Shown here: positions 8,883-18,353 of the stretch, piece after piece
Numbering within the stretch: position 1 is the stretch's first letter
How the letters are laid out: each line of letters begins with the position of its first letter
Assembly: GCA_963815115.1 (NCBI GenBank)
Contig: CAWFFN010000005.1
Span: forward strand, 256,001-320,000
Direction of reading: 5' to 3'
Source of the DNA: an uncultured delta proteobacterium
Lineage (GTDB): Bacteria; Desulfobacterota; Binatia; DP-6
DNA length: 64,000 nt
The notes under the pieces: generated by a model
What the model saw: only the letters and a program-made list of their open reading frames with translations
What the model was told of the DNA's origin: nothing
Database searches by the model: none
Translations under genes and position numbers: made by a program

Positions 8883-11800
8883 GTGACCAGAGACAAGGGT
8901 CAACTTGCGAGCGCCCGGCTGGTTCCCGGTGGCGCCGAGCTTCCCGAGGGCGACTACGTCTCCCCGGGGCTCTCCTCGGTCTTTCCCGACGCCTGCTTTC
9001 CCAACATGATGGTGGGAGACAAGGCGGGCAATCCATGGCCTCACCTCCGCCGCGAGGTCCCTCACAACTGGTATTGCGACCGCCGGCGGCCTCTGGTCGG
9101 TTTCCTTGACCGGGACGAGGTCCTCCTGCTCTACAACCTCGCCCTCCAGTTCCGGGGCAAAGGAGCGCTCGAAGTCGGGTGCTGGATGGGCTGGAGCACG
9201 TGCCACCTGGCGCTCGCAGGCGTGGCCCTCGACGTGCTCGATCCCGTGCTGGCGGAGTCCGAGCACGGGAAGAGCGTGCGAGAGTCGCTCGCCGAGGCGG
9301 GGGTGCTCGCCAGCGTGCGCCTCTTCGCGACGTCGAGTCCCGCGGGAGTTCGCGCGCTCGCCGAAGCAACCGACACTCGCTGGAGTCTCTTCTTCATCGA
9401 CGGTGACCACGAGGCGCCTGCGCCCGAGCGAGACGCCCGCGAATGCATGCAGCACGCCGCCGACGATGCCATGATCGTCTTTCACGACCTGGTATCGCCC
9501 GACGTGGAGAAGGGGCTGGACGTTCTGCGGCGGGCGGGCTGGAACGTGCTCGTATACCAGACGATGCAGATCGTCGGGGTGGCCTGGCGGGGGCAGGTGC
9601 GTCCGGTTGCTCACGTACCCGATCCCGCGATCGCCTGGTCGCTGCCGGCCCACCTGGCCAAGTACCCGGTGTGCGGCGCCTCGCCGGAGCAGGAAGTCGG
9701 CCGCCTCTCGATCCAGCTGGCCGCGATCGACCGCGAGGTCGCGGCGCGCGACGACGACATCGCCCGCCTCCAGCGCGACCTCGCGTCGGGGTCCGAGGAA
9801 GTCGCACGGCTGCGTGCCGGCCTCGGCGCGCGCGCCGCGGAGCTCGCGAGTGCTCGAGAGGAGCTCGGCGCCCGGAAGGAGACGGCCGCCCGGCTCCGAG
9901 AGAGCGCCGCCGGCCTCGAGCAGCGTTCCACGGAGCTCGAACGGCTGGCGGCGGCCCGCCAGACGGAGGTCGAGCGGCTCGAGGGCGAGCGTGCTCGGCT
10001 CGCGTCCGACCTGGTCGCGCGCGTCGCGGAGCTCGCGAACGCTCGCGAGAAGCTCGGCGCTCGGAATGCGACGATCGCCCGGCTCCGCGAGGATGCCGCC
10101 GGCCTCGAGCTGCGCTCCGCGGAGCGCGAACGGCTGGTGGCGGCCCGCCAGGCGGAGCTCGAGCGGCTCGAGGGCGAGCGTGCTCGGCTCGCGTGCGCCC
10201 TGGCTCTGCGCCACGAGGAGATCGCATGCCTCTCGGAGGAGGCCGAACGGCTCGGATCGGAGGTACGCGCCCTCCACGGCTCGACGTCGTGGAGGGTCAC
10301 CGCGCCGATGCGCGGCCTCAAGAATGCCGGTCTGCGACTCCGGTCGTCGCTGCGCCGGACCGACGTCGACCCGACGCCTTCGCCTCCCCCCGCACTCCCG
10401 CTCGACGATGACGTCGCGCTCATCTCGCGCAGTGGCTTGTTCGACCCCGAGCACTGTGCGGCTCAGAGTCCGGGTTTTCGTGAGAGCGGGCTCGATCCCC
10501 TCGTGCACTACCTGACCCGGGGCGCGGCGGAGGGAATCGATCCGCACCCGCTGTTCGACGCCTCGTTCTACTGCGAGCAGACGCCCGCCCTTCCCGCGGA
10601 CGTCAATCCGCTCGTCCACTACCTCCGGAACGGCTCGGACGGCGGCCGGGACCCGCATCGGCTCTTCGACACGTCCTTCTATTGCGAGCGGAACCCGGAG
10701 GTCGTCGAGTCCGGAGAGAATCCCCTCGTCCACTATCTCCGCACCGGTGCGGCGGAGGGTCGCGATCCTCACCCCCTGTTCGATTCGTCCTACTACCGGG
10801 CGGAGACAGCGCTCGACCCGGGCGTGAATCCGCTGCTCCACTACCTCGCGCACGGCAGTGCCGAGCGGCGGAATCCCCACCCGCTCTTCGAAGCGTCCTT
10901 CTACCTGGAGCAGAAGCCCCACGTCGTTGCGCTCGGGGTGAACCCGCTGGTGCACTTCCTCACCGAGGGTTCCACCGATGCGTTCGATCCGCTCTCGTCA
11001 CCGCGTTCGCTTCCCGACGGGGGCATCTGCATCGTCACGCCCGACATCGTCGGGCCCGTGAAGAACGGAGGCATCGGGACCGCCTGCTATCATTTCGCAC
11101 GCCTCCTCGCCGAGGACGATCAGCCCGTCACCATCCTGTTCACCGGCGAATTGTCGGCTTGCCGGCGCGCGCACTGGAGGAACGTCTACGCGGGGATGGG
11201 AATCAACTTCGTCTCGCTGTCCGACACGCCACCCGTCACGCGTCTCGTCTATGGCTCGAGCTGGTTCCTGGAAAAGTCCTGGCGGGTGTTCCAGTACCTC
11301 CAGAGCAGGTCCTACTCTCTCGTCCACTTCCAGGACTGGCATGCGAACGGATTCTGGTCGATCAAGGCGAAGCAGGTCGGTCTCGCCTTCGACCGGACCA
11401 CCCTGACGGTCATGGCGCATTCCTGCACCAAGTGGATCGACGAGGGGATGCAGCGGTTCGGCCCCGAACCGATCGAGACGGCGAAGCTGGTGTGGGCGGA
11501 GACGTACGCGATCGAGCACTGCGACGTGCTCTTGAGCCCCAGCCGCTACATGCTCGACTGGCTGTCGCAGAACGGCATCCGGACCCCGAAGTCGGTCGTT
11601 GTGGCCCCCAATGCCTACACGGAACATCCCGAGAGAGACGGGCAGCCACGGGAGGTCGACAACGACCATCTGGTGTTCTTCGGACGCCTGGAGACGCGCA
11701 AGGGCCTGCACGTTTTCGGCGACGCGCTTCGCCTGCTTCGACGCCAGGGTGGTCCCATGCCCCGTGCGCTCTCGTTCCTCGGCACCCTCGACGAGGTGAA

Positions 11801-13031
11801 CGGCCAGCCGGCGGCAGAATACCTGGACGCGCTCCGGCAGGACCTGGCGCCGGTCGAGTTCTGCGTCCTCAACCACCTCGATCACGCCGGCGCGCTCGAG
11901 TACATCGATCGGACTCGAGGGTTCGTCGTCCTCCCCTCGCTGCTCGACAACTGCCCCCTGGTCGTCATCGAGTGCATCGAGAACGGCTTCCCGTTCCTCG
12001 CCGCGACGACGGGCGGGATCCCCGACATGGTCGATCGGAAGGCGACGTTCGAGCCGACCCCTTCCGCGCTCGCGGCGCGGCTCGTGGATCGCCACCGCAT
12101 CGACCACGCCGCCATGCGGCATCCGTACTCGGCGCGCGAGGCGGCCAGGACATGGCGTGACCTGCACGATGAGCGGGGGCCCCTCGGCGGAGCCGGTCGA
12201 GCCTCGCAGGGGCCCGCGAGGGACCTCGGAGACCCGCCGCGGGTGTCGGTCTGCATCCCCTTCTTCGAGCACCACCGCTATCTCGCTTCGCTCGTCGCGG
12301 CCTTCGAGGACCAGAGCTACGCCGACCTCGAGGTCGTGGTGGTCAACGACGGGAGCGGTCCCGAGGCCTCGCAGGAGTTCGACCGCGTGGCCGCCCGCAC
12401 GCACGACGCCCGCTTCCGCTTCCTCACCACGGAGAACCGGGGTCCGGGTGGCGCCCGCAACACCGCGGCGGAGGCTGCGACGGGCGAGGTGCTGCTGTTC
12501 TTCGACGCCGACAACCTTCCCAAGAGCCACGACTTCGTGACCGCGCTGGTTCGCGCCCTGCGCCGGTCCGGCGCCGACTGCGTAACCTGCCCGCACGACC
12601 AGGTGACCGCCGACCGACTGGTGCCGACGGAGCGGGACGTGCAGGCGACATACCGCCCCTGGGGACCCTGCCTGGAGGCCGGATTCTTCGAGAATGTGCT
12701 GGGGGACTCCGCGATGATCGTGTCGCGCTCGGTGTTCGAGCGGGTGGGCGGATTTCCCACGGGACATGCCTCGTGGGAGGATCAGGAATTCCTGCTCCGG
12801 CTGTGCTTCCAGGGCTTCAGGCTCGAGACGTTCCCGGAGGCACTCTTCTACTACCGGCTGAGCCCGTCGGGCAGGAACCGGCAGGCGAATCCCTTTCTGA
12901 ACTATCGCAGCCTCTTCGATCAGCTTCAGGCGGCGCCGAGTGCGCACCTTGCGCGCATCATCGCGGCCGTGGGAGGCCCGATGCTCGTGGCACGTTTCGG
13001 CGTTTCGTCCGATCGCCGGGTCGGCAACTGA
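8883..13031 (+). CDS. Multidomain glycan synthesis protein: methyltransferase, coiled coil, 5 repeats, GT4-like, GT2
   Basis: LEVGCWMGWST/FIDGDH (Methyltransf_24-like); heptad-rich region; FFGRLETRKG...DNCPLVVIE (GT-B); VSVCIPF...VVNDGS...GGARN...FFDAD (GT2). Start approximate (GTG at 8877 or 8883). Confidence 0.85.
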   Translation: MTRDKGQLASARLVPGGAELPEGDYVSPGLSSVFPDACFPNMMVGDKAGNPWPHLRREVPHNWYCDRRRPLVGFLDRDEVLLLYNLALQFRGKGALEVGCWMGWSTCHLALAGVALDVLDPVLAESEHGKSVRESLAEAGVLASVRLFATSSPAGVRALAEATDTRWSLFFIDGDHEAPAPERDARECMQHAADDAMIVFHDLVSPDVEKGLDVLRRAGWNVLVYQTMQIVGVAWRGQVRPVAHVPDPAIAWSLPAHLAKYPVCGASPEQEVGRLSIQLAAIDREVAARDDDIARLQRDLASGSEEVARLRAGLGARAAELASAREELGARKETAARLRESAAGLEQRSTELERLAAARQTEVERLEGERARLASDLVARVAELANAREKLGARNATIARLREDAAGLELRSAERERLVAARQAELERLEGERARLACALALRHEEIACLSEEAERLGSEVRALHGSTSWRVTAPMRGLKNAGLRLRSSLRRTDVDPTPSPPPALPLDDDVALISRSGLFDPEHCAAQSPGFRESGLDPLVHYLTRGAAEGIDPHPLFDASFYCEQTPALPADVNPLVHYLRNGSDGGRDPHRLFDTSFYCERNPEVVESGENPLVHYLRTGAAEGRDPHPLFDSSYYRAETALDPGVNPLLHYLAHGSAERRNPHPLFEASFYLEQKPHVVALGVNPLVHFLTEGSTDAFDPLSSPRSLPDGGICIVTPDIVGPVKNGGIGTACYHFARLLAEDDQPVTILFTGELSACRRAHWRNVYAGMGINFVSLSDTPPVTRLVYGSSWFLEKSWRVFQYLQSRSYSLVHFQDWHANGFWSIKAKQVGLAFDRTTLTVMAHSCTKWIDEGMQRFGPEPIETAKLVWAETYAIEHCDVLLSPSRYMLDWLSQNGIRTPKSVVVAPNAYTEHPERDGQPREVDNDHLVFFGRLETRKGLHVFGDALRLLRRQGGPMPRALSFLGTLDEVNGQPAAEYLDALRQDLAPVEFCVLNHLDHAGALEYIDRTRGFVVLPSLLDNCPLVVIECIENGFPFLAATTGGIPDMVDRKATFEPTPSALAARLVDRHRIDHAAMRHPYSAREAARTWRDLHDERGPLGGAGRASQGPARDLGDPPRVSVCIPFFEHHRYLASLVAAFEDQSYADLEVVVVNDGSGPEASQEFDRVAARTHDARFRFLTTENRGPGGARNTAAEAATGEVLLFFDADNLPKSHDFVTALVRALRRSGADCVTCPHDQVTADRLVPTERDVQATYRPWGPCLEAGFFENVLGDSAMIVSRSVFERVGGFPTGHASWEDQEFLLRLCFQGFRLETFPEALFYYRLSPSGRNRQANPFLNYRSLFDQLQAAPSAHLARIIAAVGGPMLVARFGVSSDRRVGN
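9828..10205 (+). repeat. Tandem 189-bp (63-aa) duplication in the coiled coil
   Basis: Units 9828-10016 and 10017-10205; the exact stretch gagcggctcgagggcgagcgtgctcggctcgcgt recurs 189 bp apart. Confidence 0.9.
10437..10992 (+). repeat. Five 36-38 aa protein repeats (LFDxxFY...NPLxHYL..G..EG..PHP)
   Basis: Units start at about 10437, 10551, 10662, 10776 and 10884. Confidence 0.9.
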
Positions 13032-13053
13032 CGCGAGTGCCCGAGGAGACGAC

Positions 13054-13911
13054 GTGACGGGACGGGACGCGTTCGGGGTGCGTCGACCGCTCAACGCTAC
13101 GGTGGGCGTCGCATGGGACGTTCGCAGCGGGACGGTGCTGGACCCGGCCCTCGCCCGGCTCGCGGCGGCGCCCGAATCCGGGCGGTGGCTCGCCCGCGAC
13201 TCCATGCCGATCCCCGCGACCGCCGACCGGGAGGGCTACCACGACGACCGCCACTTCGAGTACTGGCTCTCCGGCCTCGCCGACTCCCGGAAGGTCATGG
13301 AGGCCTGCCCCGACGTCGGGTGGAACGGGGCCACGCTGCTCGACTTCGGCGGCGCCACCGGGCGCGTCTCGCGACACTTCTTCGCGCAGGGCGAGCTCTC
13401 CGAGGTCGTCCTCTGCGACGTCAGCATCAACAACGTGGCGTGGGTGCTCGAACACTTCCCGTCGGGCTTCGGGGTCTTCAAGAACAGCTGGGTCCCCTCC
13501 CTTCCGATCCCCGACGGGCACTTCGACGTCGTCACGGCGTTCTCGGTCTTCACGCACATGAACGAGTACGAGCTGGCATGGCTCTACGAGCTGCGGCGCG
13601 TGCTCAAGCCCGGCGGCATCCTCTACGCGACGGTGCACAACGACGACACCTGGAGGATCCTGCCCTCGACGTGCGTGTACGAGGTCGTGAAGAACTCCGA
13701 GGCATTCCTCGCCGTCTGGCAGGAGGGGAAGGAGCTGGCGGATCGGCTCGTGGTCGAATATTCCGAACAGCCGGCGTACAACTGCAACACGTTCCACCCC
13801 AACGCGTACATCCACCGGGTCTGGGGGCGGGTCCTCACCGTGGCCGACATCAAGCCGCTCAGGCACGACTATCAAGCCGCCATCGTGTTGCGGAACGGAT
13901 TGCCGCGGTAG
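13054..13911 (+). CDS. Class I SAM-dependent methyltransferase
   Basis: LLDFGGATGRV, FDVVTAFSVFTH, RVLKPGG; GGAG RBS before the GTG start. Confidence 0.85.
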   Translation: MTGRDAFGVRRPLNATVGVAWDVRSGTVLDPALARLAAAPESGRWLARDSMPIPATADREGYHDDRHFEYWLSGLADSRKVMEACPDVGWNGATLLDFGGATGRVSRHFFAQGELSEVVLCDVSINNVAWVLEHFPSGFGVFKNSWVPSLPIPDGHFDVVTAFSVFTHMNEYELAWLYELRRVLKPGGILYATVHNDDTWRILPSTCVYEVVKNSEAFLAVWQEGKELADRLVVEYSEQPAYNCNTFHPNAYIHRVWGRVLTVADIKPLRHDYQAAIVLRNGLPR

Positions 13912-13932
13912 CGAGACGCGGCGAGACCGCCG

Positions 13933-14916
13933 ATGACGGACGCCGATGCGACCAGTTTGCAGAAGCTCAGGAGCCTCCTCGGAGAGCTGGCGCAAGACGA
14001 GCTGGTTGAGCTGATCCCCGATCTGAGCGCACTCCTGCGCCGAACCGCGACGGAATACTGGTGGATGAAGAAGGCCGTGTTCGACGCCTTCGAGGCTCAC
14101 GGCTTCCACGTCACGCAGGACCACTACTATTCGGCGCAGCCCTCGGTGACCAGGCTGCCCATCGACCTCTGGGACGGGCCGCGCTACCTCACCGAGAGCT
14201 TCGCATTCGACATGGGAGCAATGCGATCCCTGTTCGATGAGATCGCCCCCTTCGCCTCGGAGCTGTCCGACCTGCCGGCGACTGCGGACTCCGGATTCTA
14301 CTGGGAGAACGCGTTCTTCCCGAGCTTCGATGCGATCGTCTACTACGGGATATGCCGACGTTTCGCGCCGTCAGTGGTCCTGGAGGTCGGCTCGGGGTTC
14401 TCGACACACATCGCCGTGCGGGCGGCCGAGCGTAACGGAACGACGGAGGTGAGATGCATCGAGCCCTACCCGATGCCTGCCCTGCTGCAAATTCGGCATC
14501 GCCTCTCGCGGCTGCTCGTCGAGCGAGTCCAGGACGTTCCCATGGATGCCTACTCGGACCTGAGAGCGGGTGATGTCCTGTTCGTCGACACGTCGCACGT
14601 CTCCAAGATCGGAAGCGACCTCCACCATATCCTCTTCCACATCCTTCCGGCGCTCCCTGCGGGAGTGCTCATCCACTTTCACGACATCTTCCTGCCACGA
14701 GAGTATCCGCCGCAGTGGGTACTCGAAAGAAACTGGTTCTGGAACGAACAGTACCTGTTGCTGGCGTTTCTCATGTACAACAAGGCCTTCAAAGTCCTGT
14801 TCATGAGCAATCACTTCCTCGTCACCTGTGGCGAGGTGGCGCAGCGCGCGCTGGGCGGGCTCGGCCTGGGTCCTCTGCAGGGCGCGTCGTTCTGGCTCCG
14901 CAAGGAGACACCGTGA
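13933..14916 (+). CDS. Methyltransferase (Methyltransf_24-like)
   Basis: VLEVGSGFST, CIEPYP, LFVDTSH, IHFHDIFLP, WNEQY. Confidence 0.85.
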   Translation: MTDADATSLQKLRSLLGELAQDELVELIPDLSALLRRTATEYWWMKKAVFDAFEAHGFHVTQDHYYSAQPSVTRLPIDLWDGPRYLTESFAFDMGAMRSLFDEIAPFASELSDLPATADSGFYWENAFFPSFDAIVYYGICRRFAPSVVLEVGSGFSTHIAVRAAERNGTTEVRCIEPYPMPALLQIRHRLSRLLVERVQDVPMDAYSDLRAGDVLFVDTSHVSKIGSDLHHILFHILPALPAGVLIHFHDIFLPREYPPQWVLERNWFWNEQYLLLAFLMYNKAFKVLFMSNHFLVTCGEVAQRALGGLGLGPLQGASFWLRKETP

Positions 14917-14963
14917 ATCCGACCGGCAGCTTCGATCGGCCACCACGGGAAATGAGGTGGTAG

Positions 14964-15605
14964 ATGCCCGCAAGAGATCGAGATCTGATCTCGCTCGCGG
15001 CAGACGTTGGCAACGACTGGAAGACGGGCGCCTACTACGACGATGCCGAGACAGCGATGGACGTGCAGTGGAACGGGCTCATCTGGCCATTCATCGAGAG
15101 CCGCGACTTCTCCTGCGTGGTCGAGGTCGCAGCGGGGCACGGGCGCAACAGCGAGAAGCTCCGTCGCCTCGCCGACAAGCTCTACCTGGTCGATATCAAC
15201 ATCGAGAACATCGACTATCTGAAGCAGCGATTCCGCGACGCTTCGAACGTCGTGTACGTCCACAACAACGGCACGGATCTGGGCGGGATACCGACTGGAG
15301 ATGCGACGTTCGTCTACTCGTTCGACGCCATGGTGCACTTCGACAGCGATGTCGTGCGAGCGTACCTCGCAGAGTTCGCGCGCGTCCTCAAAGTCGGAGG
15401 GTCCGGGTTCTGTCACTACTCGAACTACAAGGGCAACCCGACGGGCTCCCATCGAGACCACCCCGGTTGGCGGAACTTCATGTGTCGCGAGCTGTTCGAG
15501 CACTACGCCTGGAAGGAAGGCCTGACGCCGGTCAAGTCGATCCAGCTCGACTGGATGGGGGACGGAACCGACTCGGATGCGATGACGCTGTTCGAGAAAC
15601 GCTGA
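14964..15605 (+). CDS. Class I SAM-dependent methyltransferase
   Basis: VEVAAGHGRN, LVDIN, FDAMVHF, RVLKVGG. Confidence 0.85.
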   Translation: MPARDRDLISLAADVGNDWKTGAYYDDAETAMDVQWNGLIWPFIESRDFSCVVEVAAGHGRNSEKLRRLADKLYLVDINIENIDYLKQRFRDASNVVYVHNNGTDLGGIPTGDATFVYSFDAMVHFDSDVVRAYLAEFARVLKVGGSGFCHYSNYKGNPTGSHRDHPGWRNFMCRELFEHYAWKEGLTPVKSIQLDWMGDGTDSDAMTLFEKR

Positions 15606-15667
15606 TCGGCCGAGCGCGACGGCGCGGAGCGGTCGATCGGGCCTGCAGGCCGCGGATGTCGCCTACA

Positions 15668-16105
15668 TCACGCCGGGGCGGAGCCGCTCATGGACGAGAG
15701 CTTGCCCTTCAGCTCGGCCTTCAGCGCCAGATCGGATGCTGCGCTCGATGCGGCGCGCTTTCCCCGTGGCGCCTGCGGCAGGTAGTCCTCGACCGAGCGG
15801 ACGCCCTGGACCTTCCACGCGTCCGCGACGGCGGCGTCGCGCTGCGCGGCCGTTGCGACCGAGCCGACGAGGAACACCCGTCCCATGTAGACGTAGGGAG
15901 CGATGCTGGTGCCCCCGAGCGCGTCGTCCTCCATCAGCGTGGCGCGCAGCTCCGCCTTCGTCGCGCGGTCCTCGAGCCTCGAGGCCAGGTTCTCCTCGCT
16001 GCGCGCCGCGCGCGCCATGGCGCGGTAGGGCCGCGCGTGGCCGCAGGCGAGCAGCCCGACCGAAGCGCCGAGCAGAAGCCGGGATGCGACGGTCCGCGTG
16101 CTCAT
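15668..16105 (-). CDS. BON domain lipoprotein (second BON domain apparently truncated)
   Basis: Lipobox LLAC; GRVFLVGSV...VQGVRSV BON motif; ends shortly after SDLALKAELK. Confidence 0.75.
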   Translation of the reverse strand: MSTRTVASRLLLGASVGLLACGHARPYRAMARAARSEENLASRLEDRATKAELRATLMEDDALGGTSIAPYVYMGRVFLVGSVATAAQRDAAVADAWKVQGVRSVEDYLPQAPRGKRAASSAASDLALKAELKGKLSSMSGSAPA

Positions 16106-16491
16106 CCGCCGTGCGCGATGATTGCCGTCTTGCAGGGGTCGGATAGGTCGGCGGCGTGCGCCTGCAGGCACTTCTTGATCTTCGCTCGGTCGGGCGCGGC
16201 GTCGCGACACAGCCGCATCACGTCGGGCCGGCACGCCTCGCCGGCCGGGTTCCCCCCGCCGGAAGTTCTTGTGGCAGGCGCCTCCGTGGCGGGGATGCCG
16301 AGCGCGGCCCGGCAACCGGGCGTCAGGCTCGACGCGTTGCCGCGCAGGCAGCCGATGATGCGCCCTCCGCCCGGGCGGAGTCCGTGGCACAGGCGCTCGG
16401 CATCTCCCGCGCAGGCGGCCATCTGCGCGCCGGCGAGACGCGTGCCGAGGGCGAGCAAGGCGGCAAGCGTGACGAGAGCGGTCTTCCTCAT
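16102..16491 (-). CDS. Secreted cysteine-rich repeat protein
   Basis: Signal peptide plus two AC..D..RLC...CL....L...C repeats. Confidence 0.8.
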   Translation of the reverse strand: MRKTALVTLAALLALGTRLAGAQMAACAGDAERLCHGLRPGGGRIIGCLRGNASSLTPGCRAALGIPATEAPATRTSGGGNPAGEACRPDVMRLCRDAAPDRAKIKKCLQAHAADLSDPCKTAIIAHGG

Positions 16492-16652
16492 TGGTAGCCT
16501 CCTCGCGTGATGGCGCGCGGGTATATCACGTCCGCGCTCCTCGGGATGACGCCGGCCCTCGTGTCGGATTCCCCGTGCTGTCGAGCGGCGCTCCGTGCTA
16601 GCAGGGCCCCAGGGTCACGGGATCGCACGCGCGTGCGAGAGGGAGGAACGTC

Positions 16653-17165
16653 ATGACGAAGTCGCCGCTCGCCCTGGTTCTGTCGATTGCCCTGTCGGTT
16701 GGCTGGCTCGCTCCTGCACGCGGTGCGCCGCTCGCGCCGACCAAGCCGAGCCAGATCGTGACGCTGCAACCCGATGTGACCATCGGGACGACGCCGTGCA
16801 GCGGCGTACAGTTCGGCGTGAGGCAGGTGGTGAATCCCGATCTGACGACGGCGCCGCTGGTGATCCCCGACGAGCAGGTCCTCGTCGTCACGAGCGGTAC
16901 CTGGCGAACGGTGTCGGCCGCGACGCCCGCCGAACGGCACCTGGCGCTGCGCCTGTTCCTGAAGGACGGCACGGCCAACCAGGTCGTCGTCCTGCTGGGT
17001 GCCGGGGCAGTCTCCGATGTCGACGCGCGGGCGTCCGGCTCGTTCCGGCTCGACCCGGGGTTCGTGGTGCGGCCCGGTCAGACCATCTGTGCCGAGCTCG
17101 CCACCGACGGCTTGCCCGTCGCCGTCACGGTGATCGCCAATGGCTATCTGACCAAGGACAAGTAG
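16653..17165 (+). CDS. Hypothetical secreted protein
   Basis: GGAGG RBS, signal-peptide-like N-terminus, coding-like composition. Confidence 0.7.
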   Translation: MTKSPLALVLSIALSVGWLAPARGAPLAPTKPSQIVTLQPDVTIGTTPCSGVQFGVRQVVNPDLTTAPLVIPDEQVLVVTSGTWRTVSAATPAERHLALRLFLKDGTANQVVVLLGAGAVSDVDARASGSFRLDPGFVVRPGQTICAELATDGLPVAVTVIANGYLTKDK

Positions 17166-17175
17166 CGGCGCCGGC

Positions 17176-17436
17176 CTATGGCTGCCCGGCCAGGCGGCGC
17201 ATCGCGAGGAGCACCAGGGCCTCGAAGCTCATCGCCTGCGCCGGGCCGCCACGCCTGACGGCGAGCTCGACCAGCCCCGAGCCCAGCTCGCGAACCACCC
17301 AGCCGGCCTGCTCGAGGAAGTCGCGTGCGATCTGCAGATCCTCACGCGACACCGTCACCCGCCCTGCACGCAGCCACGCATCGGCCATGCGCGATGCGGC
17401 CAGCTCGAAACGGCTGACGACCTTCCTCGGCGGCAT
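17176..17436 (-). CDS. Hypothetical protein (about 86 aa)
   Basis: MPPRKVVSRFELAASRMADAWLRAGRV...; fills the gap between two genes; alternative GTG start at 17457. Confidence 0.55.
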   Translation of the reverse strand: MPPRKVVSRFELAASRMADAWLRAGRVTVSREDLQIARDFLEQAGWVVRELGSGLVELAVRRGGPAQAMSFEALVLLAMRRLAGQP

Positions 17437-17513
17437 CTCGGTGACGTTCTGGTCCACGGATGAACCAGACCAGACCGGCTCCTCCGCCCTCCGTCCAGCG
17501 GTAGACGTCGTGC

Positions 17514-18353
17514 TCAATTCCGAACGCTCGCCAGGAAGTCGAGCACTGCCCGGTTGAACAGCTCCGGCGTCTCGAAGTTGAAGCCGTGGCTGCCACCGGG
17601 GATCTTCACCAGCTTCGCTCCCGGGATCTCCTGGGCGAGGAGATCGGAGTTGGTCGGCGAGATCAGCCGGTCGGCGTCGCCGGTGATGACGAGGGTCGGC
17701 ACCGCGATCTGGTGGAGGCGGTCGGTTGCCCGGTGGCCCATCACGGCGGCCACCTGACCGAGGATCGCCTCCAGGCTGAAGCCGTACTGGAGCGCACCCG
17801 AGAACACCTGGATGAGCTTCGGGAGCTCCCTGGCGATGAAGTCCTGGTTGAAGACCGTCGGCAGCATGAGCTGGAGAAACTGCAGGGGATCGACCGCCTT
17901 GACGTCGACCTGCATCTCGCCGCTCGAGGTCACCGAGCCGCCGAACTGCTGCAGCGAGAAGCGCCGCTGCCGCTCGATGTCCGCATCGGGCTCCGGAAAC
18001 GTGCAGGCCAGGACCAGGCTCTGCACGCGCTCGGGGTGCCGCAGCGCCAGCTCCTGCGCGATCATGCCGCCCATCGAGACGCCGACCACGTGCGCCCGGC
18101 GGACGTCGAGCACATCGAGCAGCCCGGCGGCGTCGTCGGCCATCTCGTGGATGGTGTACGGTCCGGGCGGCTTCTCGCTCCGGCCGACGCCCCGGTTGTC
18201 GAAGACGATGGTGCGGAAGTGCTTCTCGAAGTCGGGCACCTGGAACATCCACGCCGTCGAGTCGGCGGCGAGGCCCATGATGAGGAGGAGCGGCGGACCG
18301 CTGCCGTGCTCCTCGTAGTAGAGGTCCAGCGAGCCTACCCGGGCGTTGCTCAT
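17514..18353 (-). CDS. Alpha/beta hydrolase
   Basis: FDNRGVGRS, GVSMGG nucleophile elbow, GDAD, GGSH. Confidence 0.9.
   Translation of the reverse strand: MSNARVGSLDLYYEEHGSGPPLLLIMGLAADSTAWMFQVPDFEKHFRTIVFDNRGVGRSEKPPGPYTIHEMADDAAGLLDVLDVRRAHVVGVSMGGMIAQELALRHPERVQSLVLACTFPEPDADIERQRRFSLQQFGGSVTSSGEMQVDVKAVDPLQFLQLMLPTVFNQDFIARELPKLIQVFSGALQYGFSLEAILGQVAAVMGHRATDRLHQIAVPTLVITGDADRLISPTNSDLLAQEIPGAKLVKIPGGSHGFNFETPELFNRAVLDFLASVRN

Noticed and set aside
10437-10992. Regularly spaced DNA repeats as a CRISPR array
   Set aside because: Degenerate, in-frame protein-coding repeats of 108-114 bp; no cas genes.
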